Positions 45,425-54,800 of a stretch of 64,000 nucleotides of DNA are shown here, piece by piece (the stretch's first letter is position 1; every line of letters starts with the position of its first letter). A model generated the notes under the pieces. The model did not search any database, was not told the DNA's origin, and saw only the letters and a program-made list of their open reading frames with translations. The stretch is taken from IMG/VR virus record IMGVR_UViG_3300029893_000001, positions 248,001 through 312,000 of that record; one strand, 5' to 3'. A program made the translations under genes and the position numbers.

Positions 45425-48209
45425 CGACAATCGTAAGGACATCGCCCAAGCTTTCTTGGAGGTGTCGGAGGCGGAGTGGGAAAACTTGATGAAGCGCGGA
45501 ATCGCGCAACATTTAGTGAACCTAGTTCCCTTGGCTGTAGCTTTCCAAGATGACCTTGAGGATGCTAAGAAATTCTTCATAGAGGTCAAGGAGCTGTCGC
45601 TTCCTCCCAAAATTGACGGACAGTTGGACCTGCTGGATAAGGTTCGCAGCGGAATCGTTACAACAGTTCAAGACCCAAATCTTGAACCGTTTGAGATTAA
45701 TGAGATTCTTGATGAAACACTGGACGACCTGAAGAAGGCCTACACAAAGTACTCGAAAGTAGAAGCGGACACGGTTCAGACCATACGAACGAATTCCAAG
45801 CGTCTGCCGAAAGAGGCCTTTATTGAGAAGGTACGAAGCTACTGGAACTACATCGATGATTTTTGGCCATCCGAGCGAGAAGCAATTTTGGGCCGCTGGA
45901 ATCAATATTTCGATGAGACTCAGAGCACACTCCAATCAGCATCCGACCAGCTAAAGGTGGGCACTGCCGCAACGCCTCATGGCGTTTTGGTACGTGTTTC
46001 TGACCTACTCAAGAAGAGGTCTGCTCACTTCACAGCGCAAAAAGTGGCGGATGCTCTAGATCGAATCAAGCAGTACTATGTGGAAGAACTAGGCCTCATC
46101 CCTGCCTACATGGGTGCTCAGGGGAACTGGAAGGTAGAAAAGGACGATTGTCCGGAGAAACGACTTCCAGAAGTGCACACAAAATTGTCCGATAGATTTG
46201 CGTTCTGTCGATTCGAACAGAAAAAGTGCCCGTCATTCCAGTGGAGCCAGGGAAGTTACGTGAAGTGCAAAAGCTTCGTTCGACTTAAAGAAGCAAGCCT
46301 CATCGAGGGAATTCGCGTCCTATCAGACAAAGAGTACCTAAACCAACTTGAAAACATCGCGGAGACAGACCCATTCGTCAAGATGTTGTTTGTCGAGGCA
46401 AAACGTCGGTCAGGAGAGCTTTTCTTCGGGAAGGTTATTGATGATCGGCTAGAAAAAATGCTAGAACAGTACCCCACCTCGAATAGGAGGGGAGAGTTCA
46501 AATACCGCGTGTACATGGTAGCTAACGAACCTGTTCTAGTGAGCGGAAAGTATGCTGTCGCAGCAGACAAAATTCTTCTTGAAACGATCGGTGAAGGTGA
46601 GAGAATGCCAAAGCAAGCCTCAACCCTAAGAATCGCTGGACCGGTCATGCGGGTTACCTTCACTTCGAATGCCTTGCGTGACCCAGAATTCAGGGATTTC
46701 TTACGCAAGAAAAATGCGCGTAAGTCGAAGCACTGCACGTATGATGTCCCTTTTGAGCGGGAGGAGGACATTAGCTTTTTCCTATCCGAGGTGAGGGACG
46801 AATTCGACTACAAGATTGAAATCTTCCAGATCATGGAAGACGCTGATGAGGGGGTTGAAAAGGACTTTGGGGTCTATCGCTTCTCGGACCTTCCCTTATC
46901 CCGCTACTCGTCGTTTAGGCTTGCCCTTACTCATCTACCTGCAGTCAAGAATCCACCGACACATATTTCAGGCAATGCTCTGTCGATGGAGGGGGCAGAA
47001 AAGCTGGTGGATGTCGCCAACAACCTCCCGAAGAACCACCCCCTTAGAACTAGGGTGGCAGGGTTAGCGGATCGTCTCAGGGTAGGGGCCCATCTTCTGA
47101 TCGCTGTAGACGAGGATATCATTCGATATGCTGACGGGGCGATCGGATTGGTCCCTGAACTCGGCGCCAGGTGGATGGAGAGGGACCCAGACACCGGCAC
47201 TTCAGCGCTGGTCGAGATGGTCGAGGTGGTGCGCCCGAAGCAAGGCGCTCCGACATATAAGGTACGACGCCTCGACACCGGCAAGGAGATCGAACTAAGG
47301 CACCCACGCATCCAGCCTGTTACGAAGGATGCTTGCCCTCCCCCTCCTGGTGGCGCTAACCTACCTCCGGAGAGTCCGTTCGGGCATATTATCGGTGAGG
47401 ATGACGTCTACTACATCGTCCAGATCCCAAAGGCACCCGGCCAGGGTCCCGGCGGACCTCCTGCCGGCTTTGAGCCTCCGCCATTCGGACGCTTTCCGGG
47501 AGATGTGGCGCCACCAGCATTGCCTCCCCCCGGAGGCGCTCTCCCTTTTCCGTTCCCGGGCGGCAATAACCATCCAACCCTCCCGGCTCCTGTCAGCGGC
47601 CCGCCGCCCGCCGTTGACCAAGGTCCGGTTGTAGAACAAGAGAAAGTTTTTGTTGTGGAGGACCAGCCCCAACCAGAGCAGGTCGATTTCGCAGAGCAAG
47701 AAATCATTGAGGATATTCACAAGAAAACGAAGCAGCCAGGGTTCAAATTCCTAAACGCCCCACACAAAAATCCGATTGCACCATCGGGTGCGGCGGAGGA
47801 AGAAATCACAGAGGCAGTTGAAAAGCTGCGCTCTATGTTCCGCGGCGACCCCAGGGTTAAGACTGTACGTCGAGATCTCTCCCCACAGGGAAAGCCCATC
47901 CTTTACGTACACTCAACGATGCCGAAAGCGATGCGAGATGAGGTCCCTGACTCGTTGAATGGGTTTGAGGTTGTCCTTGCCCCTCTTCACGACTCTCTAT
48001 TGAAAGAAACCGACAATAATGGTATCTCTGCTGAACCCTCTGACACAACAGCAGACAGCCTCGTGAACCCTATGCCCAATCGGCCAGAAAACGGAAAGTC
48101 GAAGGGTCGAGATTTTCCTCCGGGCCCTTATTTGGACCAAGTCAGCGGGCCGCCGTCGATGAACGACTCGCTGGTTACCCAAATTCGCGACATTCCTAAA
48201 GGTCGTTAG
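45414..48209 (+). CDS. Large multidomain protein with Pro-rich segment
   Basis: 931-aa ORF. Confidence 0.8.
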   Translation: MPGNDNRKDIAQAFLEVSEAEWENLMKRGIAQHLVNLVPLAVAFQDDLEDAKKFFIEVKELSLPPKIDGQLDLLDKVRSGIVTTVQDPNLEPFEINEILDETLDDLKKAYTKYSKVEADTVQTIRTNSKRLPKEAFIEKVRSYWNYIDDFWPSEREAILGRWNQYFDETQSTLQSASDQLKVGTAATPHGVLVRVSDLLKKRSAHFTAQKVADALDRIKQYYVEELGLIPAYMGAQGNWKVEKDDCPEKRLPEVHTKLSDRFAFCRFEQKKCPSFQWSQGSYVKCKSFVRLKEASLIEGIRVLSDKEYLNQLENIAETDPFVKMLFVEAKRRSGELFFGKVIDDRLEKMLEQYPTSNRRGEFKYRVYMVANEPVLVSGKYAVAADKILLETIGEGERMPKQASTLRIAGPVMRVTFTSNALRDPEFRDFLRKKNARKSKHCTYDVPFEREEDISFFLSEVRDEFDYKIEIFQIMEDADEGVEKDFGVYRFSDLPLSRYSSFRLALTHLPAVKNPPTHISGNALSMEGAEKLVDVANNLPKNHPLRTRVAGLADRLRVGAHLLIAVDEDIIRYADGAIGLVPELGARWMERDPDTGTSALVEMVEVVRPKQGAPTYKVRRLDTGKEIELRHPRIQPVTKDACPPPPGGANLPPESPFGHIIGEDDVYYIVQIPKAPGQGPGGPPAGFEPPPFGRFPGDVAPPALPPPGGALPFPFPGGNNHPTLPAPVSGPPPAVDQGPVVEQEKVFVVEDQPQPEQVDFAEQEIIEDIHKKTKQPGFKFLNAPHKNPIAPSGAAEEEITEAVEKLRSMFRGDPRVKTVRRDLSPQGKPILYVHSTMPKAMRDEVPDSLNGFEVVLAPLHDSLLKETDNNGISAEPSDTTADSLVNPMPNRPENGKSKGRDFPPGPYLDQVSGPPSMNDSLVTQIRDIPKGR

Positions 48210-48210
48210 T

Positions 48211-48846
48211 ATGAGTGAGGTACTTCGTAAGCTTCGGTTTGTGCACGTAAACGCTCCGCTGCTGTTGCAACCTCGAATCGCTCGTGTTATCGAAGCTATT
48301 TCGAACTCTCCTCCTGAGGGCATCGAAGCTCCGATTCTCCAAAAGGTAAAACCGAAGGACACCCCTCTTTTGGTCCTGCAAGATAATGCAGACTCCTTTC
48401 TTGCGTTGATGCGAACCCTGCCTAAGAAGCACCCCTTCAAGGAAGTCGTCAGCGAAATGAACTCTCTGGCGGAGAAGTTAGCCGAGAAGTTAGAAGAGTC
48501 CGGCCAAGAACTATCAAAGATCCTCCAGACGGATGAAGACGACCTTCCTGGAATTAAGGGTTCAGCACTCGGAAGTCTAGCAGACTTGCTTCAGAGTGAA
48601 AAATCAAAGCTCGCTGAGCTTCAGGAGCTTACGACAACACTCACTACCCTTGCTGGCAAAGCCCACAAAGAAGAGAAGACCAAGCCAGTTGAACATGAGC
48701 TACCGTCTAAAGACGTCGGCTCGAAAAAGAAAAAGAAGGAAGCACCAGGCATTGGGGACGAAGTAGAAAACGCATCTTCTCCCGCGGACCCCCAGGGTCC
48801 GCAGACCCCAACGGGTGGCTCAACTCCAGACCTCTCGCTCATGTGA
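48211..48846 (+). CDS. Hypothetical protein
   Basis: Operon context. Confidence 0.7.
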   Translation: MSEVLRKLRFVHVNAPLLLQPRIARVIEAISNSPPEGIEAPILQKVKPKDTPLLVLQDNADSFLALMRTLPKKHPFKEVVSEMNSLAEKLAEKLEESGQELSKILQTDEDDLPGIKGSALGSLADLLQSEKSKLAELQELTTTLTTLAGKAHKEEKTKPVEHELPSKDVGSKKKKKEAPGIGDEVENASSPADPQGPQTPTGGSTPDLSLM

Positions 48847-48868
48847 TACTAACACCTGAGGCTTAGTA

Positions 48869-51800
48869 ATGGCCCTAAATACTGCCAAAAGAATCATGCG
48901 TAAGGCTTCTCCTGAGGATGAGTCTTCTCTGTCATTAGAGGGGCCGAACGCACTTGGGGTTGACGAACCCCAGCAGGAGCTTGAGAAGGTCGTAATTCCG
49001 GATGGTGGAGAAGTACATCTTCAGAACACCAATATTCTTCCGGACTCCGTCGCTGTGACGGACCTGAGGACCGACAAGGAGTTTGTCGCGTCCGAAAATC
49101 AAACCCTAGAACAAGGTCAGTACTTTCTCCTCCCAGAGGACGGAACGCTGTTCTTCCATCCATCTGATGCTGGAGCACGTGTTCAGATTAACTACTTGTG
49201 GAAGGAAGGCATTGAGAGCGACGATGACGAGGATGAAGATGACCTCGACGATGATGCGGACGAAGACGATGGGGATAACGAGACTTCTGGCAAGAAGCCC
49301 AGAGTAACAACCACTCCGGCAGATAGTTTGTGGCATTTGGACGAGGGGTGGTTTAAGTGGACACCTGAGTCCAAGAAGGTCACCGTAAACGATTCTCTGC
49401 AGGCAAAACTCGGAACAGATGTAGATTTCAGAAAAGGAATCACTGTCAGGAATGAACAGACCGGCAAAGAACTGCACGTTGTGTTGCAGGGAGCCCCTAC
49501 TCAAGTCACGCGAACTATCTCGGGCAAGAAACTAGAGATTAATCTTCGGAGGCCTGTCGACTCGACGTCTGTGTACGTGGAAAGCGCGGAAACAGGAGAT
49601 AGGTTTACCCCAGTAGAAAGCCCTGCCAATCTTCAACCCAATACATACTACGTCGAAAGCGACGTAGGGGTACTGCGATTTCACGAGGCAAATGGAGGAA
49701 CGAAGGTTCGGATTGAGTTCCGTCGACCTGTAGGTCCTGGAGAGGTCTCGTACAACTATGTGAACGGCGTTCTAACCTGGGGCGATCCCTCAGCTTCTGG
49801 GACCACTTACGTGGTGGAATACCATGTTAAGGGGCAGAAGGGCAAGCCACTCACCCTAGAAGGAGAAGAGGGTGAGGAGAAGGAGTACCAGCTTGTAGAG
49901 TCGTTCAAGTCTCGTGCAGAGAATTTGTGGATGCACCTTCTGGACAACCCAGACCCTGCATTTGTTCGGGATACCCTGCTTCCCATCATCGAGGATGAGA
50001 TTGAAAGTACCCGAGATAAAATTCTCGGCAGCAAAAAGAGCGAACCCCAAAAAGAGGAAGAACTTAGGAGCGTACCCGACCTTACGCGAGAGTTCATGGA
50101 GTTCGAGCAGCTCCTTGCCAAGCGGGAAGAGAACGACGACCAGGACACACGTGAACTTGCACGCGATTACGTTCAAACAGAAATAGCCCCTAAACTTGCG
50201 CGTTTCTACAGCCTTGCGAGCCTGCTCGCAGAGCGCATTTATGACATGCAGTCCGAGTCCGCAAAGGATGAGGACTTCCCAGAGTTTGGGGGCGCCGGTT
50301 CAAGATCTTTGGACTTGAACACCCTAAAGTATTTGAAGCGTGTCCGCCAAGAAGCAAACCGGCTCGATGAAGACCTAGTTGATTTCTCAAAGTACTACAC
50401 AGGTCTCCTCATTTCTTGGATCCTTGATGCTGATACATACTACCCTTCAAAGAAGGCGAGGGAGAAGAAAAAGGGAAGGGCTTCAAAGAAGGCGAGGGAG
50501 AAGAAAAAGGGAAGGGCTTCAAAGAAGGCGAGGGAGAAGAAAAAGGGAAGGGATCCGAGGTGGGAAGGGATCAAAACGGTTTTTGAGCGAGCAGGGATTG
50601 GATTAGCTGATCTGCAAGTTGTGGCACTGGAGGCTTTTCGGCGGGCGATTCTCGAATTCGATCGCGAGAGACGTAATAAGGAAACCACCCCAGATCCGAA
50701 GAAGTTCAGAATCTACGGAAACCCGGTCATCAAGCGCCGAGTAACGAACGCCTTGAAGAAGGTGTTCGACAAATACCAACAGGAACAGACAGTCGAAACG
50801 ACTAGGTCAGGGTCCACTACAGTCACAATTCCAGAGGACGGAGGCGAAGTAGACCTGAAGGTCCCCGGCATTCGCTTAGAAGACCTTGAAGTTACAGGGC
50901 CTGACGGCAAAGTCTTCACTTCAGCAAGCGGTAAGCTGTTTGCCACCGAGGCGGAGAAGAGGAAGAGCCCTCGTGTCAAGATCCTACTCGGCAAGGAGAT
51001 GGACAAAGACGCCCAAGTCTCTGTCACCGACCCAAAGACCGGCAAAAAGCTTGCAATCATTCGTAGTAAGGACCATCCCTGGAACAAGGAGCTGAAGAAG
51101 AAGGTTGCAGAGGATCCAGATGTCTTCTACTTCGCACACTCCAGTGGAACTCTTTGGCTGAGTGAGGCGTACAGGGGTAAGTCTCTCCTAGTCGAGGCCC
51201 CTGGTATTGGAGGAGATTCCACGGGAATTGGAAAGGACCAGTATCGCGCCCATCCAACCAAAGGCACCATCGAGTTCTCGCCACTCAATGGCGGCGAAGA
51301 AGTCAAGGTATCCTACTCTCAGACAATCAGGGCTAAGAGACAAGTGAGCCCAGTCGTCAGGACTGATGAAGAGGGGGAATCGCTGTCTTTGGTTGAAATG
51401 CAGGAAGATGAAGGTGCGGATCCCCTGACAAAGGCTGAAGAAGCAATCTCTCAGGAAAACGTAGAAAAGCTACTTGATCTCATCGGTGAGATTCTCCTCG
51501 TAGAAGAAGACCCCAGGTTAACCGACGAAGATCGTGCCATTCTCCAGGGTCTTCTTGGAGTCGGGGAGCCGGGGGGACAACGCCTTACGATTCAAGAGAT
51601 TGCAGCCAGAGAGCCATTCAACGTTGACCCATCTGATTCGAACAAGATGAATCAGATCAAGACGAAGAGGCAAAAAGCAGCAGATACTCTCCTGGAAATC
51701 CTTCGAGAAAAAGCAGAGGAAGACCGTTCTCTTCGTAAGATGATTCGTCCCTTTGAAGCCATCCTCGTAGGGAAGGATGGTGCAAAGGGAATTGAACACG

Positions 51801-54800
51801 ACAAGTTCTTGGGGTACCTGAAGCAAGCCCCTGAGGATAAGACTCGTTCGTTCCAACAGGTTTTGGTGGGCTTGCTTGGAAAGTCAGGACTCAAGCAAGA
51901 CGAGGAGAACATCCTCCGTTGGATGTGGGCGCTTCCGGGTCGACTTCGTCGCGATCAGGACGCCGAAGATAAGCAGTATGAAGTCCTTCCAGATGGTCTA
52001 CGCCCTGCGGACTCGCCAGGGGCGCGTCTGCAAGAGATTGCAATCGATGAGTTCAACATCGAGGCCGACGATCAGGGAAACATTTCTCAGGCCGCAACTG
52101 GTGTCGTCAACAAGGTCTACGAGAGAGCCCTAGACAAGTTCGCAGGAAAATTCAATACGGTCTATGAGGCGAGGAAAGACTTCTTCAAAGAGAAGTTCCC
52201 GGAATTCGTTCAGTACTACGACAAGCAACTTGGAAAACAAACGCTTCGCGATGAACTGTCTACGATCGAGCGGGATGAGTACCAAGCACCCCCTGCGGCA
52301 GTAAAGCGACCGGAAGAGAAGCGCACACCGCTTTTTGACCAGATTAAGACGAGCCTCTCCGGGGTGGATGAAGCGATGCTTCGTTCTCTGATGGAGGAGC
52401 TTGTTAAGACGCACAAGAAGGGCGGAGACATCCATGCACTGATTCAGCAGCGAGAAAAGGATATCGACACCTTGACGCAAAAAGGTGCGAAGCTCCTCGA
52501 CTCTCGCACCAAGGATCTGCGTGCGGAGGTTGAAGAGCTGAAAAAGGCCTGGAGCCAGAGCCGGGCTGAACACGAACGCCTTAGTGAAGAACTCAGTGAT
52601 GCGCTTCGGACACGAGAGAAACTGCGGGAGACTGTTGTTGCCGACAATGAGGAGTTAGCGAAAAAGAAGACTCACTTTCAGGTACTTCGAAAGATCATCG
52701 GGCTCCTCAAGTCGTGGGAGACAAGCACTCTATTCCAGCTTCTGTCGCCCAAGAACATCGAGGCAACAGAAGACCCAGTGGAGCAGGACGCCCTCAAAGA
52801 GTACTCCTATCTACGAAACGCCAGCAACGAGGATCTAGAAGAGGCCAGGGAAGACCTAGCAAATGAACTGACGGAGCGAAGTGAAGAGCTGAAGGAACTT
52901 CGAAGGCAGGCTGTCGAACTTGCTGACGAAGAAGTTCGTACCCAGCTCCGTCAGTTGAAAGAGAAGATCGAAGACCTTCGCTCCAGAAAAGAAAAGTTCT
53001 TGGAGTTGACTGCCAAACAGCAAGCAGCACTGGACTCGAAGAAGGATGAGTTAGAGAAGAAACTACGTCCGCTTCAGAACAAGCTTGAGGAGCACCTCAG
53101 GAGTCATAATTCTGCGCAAGAACTACAGGTACTCCAAAAGGTCTACAAATTCCTCTCAGATCGCGAAGAGCTGAGGCGTAGTGATGGTCGTTTCAATCTC
53201 GACAACATGTTCGAGGTTCCAAAGCTAGAGAAGGGTAAGGGCTATCAGCCGCCTAAGCTCCAGCCTGGCGAAGAGGATACGTACCAGCCCCTGCCAAGGA
53301 AGCTTCCCCAGCCTGCCATCTCAACACCAAAGAAGACGGCGCCTGTTGAAGAAGACGCAGGCACCCCTGCCTCAAAACCTGCTTCGAAAACGCTGAAAAC
53401 GATTGCAGAGCAATACACGAAGGACGAAATCTCTGCTGAGATCTTCATTCGCAGATGCAAAAAGTACTTCAAGGGACGCCTACCCGAAGAAGCAGAATCT
53501 GCCATCCAGAGGTATGACGAGGGGCTGATTTCGCTTGACGAGGCGGCTAATATCGTTGCTACTGAGGCCCTTGACGCCATAGAGGACGTGGAACCGGCGT
53601 CGACCGACGAGGCGAAGAAAAAGCCCACGGAAGAAGATAGCGACAGGTTCACATCACCTGCAAAGAAAGCACCGACGGAGGTTCAAAGAACCTTGTTCGA
53701 AGAACTGCGTTCGGTTGCACTTCCTATTGACCCTGAGGAGTCCAAAAAGGACTATCAGAAGAGGCTGGACAACTTTAAGGGTCTCATGCTGGCTCTTCGG
53801 AAGCACTTCGCTGAAGGTCAGTCGATCAAAACTTTCAAGCCCAAGTTCTCAGCCGCTAAGACGCTCCCTGACCAGAACAGAGTCCTTCGCGCAGTCGTAG
53901 AGTACCTTCGAGATTTTGCTTCAGATTTGAAGCAGGCTCCTGGAGTTTGGGATCTTTCTGGGCTATTCAAGCCCACAATCACAAAGCCTGTTGAATCGTT
54001 GCAGCCAAAGGTTGACCTGTCCGATGACGATTCAGCAGTTGAAAGTCTCCTGAACTCTCAGCCGTCGCTAAGCAACAAGACGCAAGCGAAGGCGCTCCAC
54101 TCGATGATTCAGATCATCAACAACGGAGATCCGGTCACAAAGATCATCAAGAGCCTGAGGAAGACGGGCAACCCCAAGGTTCAGGGTGCGCTAAATCTCG
54201 CCTTGCGCCTGTCTTACTTCATGACGTTACACGAAGACCTGCAGAAAGAAGACGGCACTTGGGATTTCAAACCGCTGTACACAGGTCAATACAAGTTCCC
54301 TTCATTCGAAGAGTATGATAGGTCTCGCCCACTAGAGGAACACTTGAGCCCGCTGATTGACGGAATTCAGCGACAGCTTCAAGAGGAGGCAGGACCTGAC
54401 GGCGGCATTGAGTCCCGCACCGGAACACAACAGCGTGTTCTTGATTTGCTCCACCAAATGTCCGAGTTGGCGCTCCACGGCATGGACCTGGACCAAATGC
54501 AGGAGCACTTCGAAAAGGAAGACAAGAGAGAAGCGAAGCCCTACAGCCTTGCTTACCTCTTCCAAGTGACGCGCCATTTCCTAGAAAAGTTGAACAGGAC
54601 CAAGGGCCTAGCCAACATGCAGAACGACATGGGCTTGGCAGACGTATTTGGTCCGGGCGCTCCTCCGAGCACCCCAACCGAACAAGATGAAGTCGACCCC
54701 GTCCCAGAACAAGAACAGAAGGAGCTTCTTCCGCAGGATGACCGGACCACTGCTTTCCGACAGATGGTTCATGTCATGGATATGGACGAAGCGGAAGCAC

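Noticed and set aside
50445-50552. CRISPR array (36-bp repeats)
   Set aside because: No spacers; in-frame coding tandem repeat.
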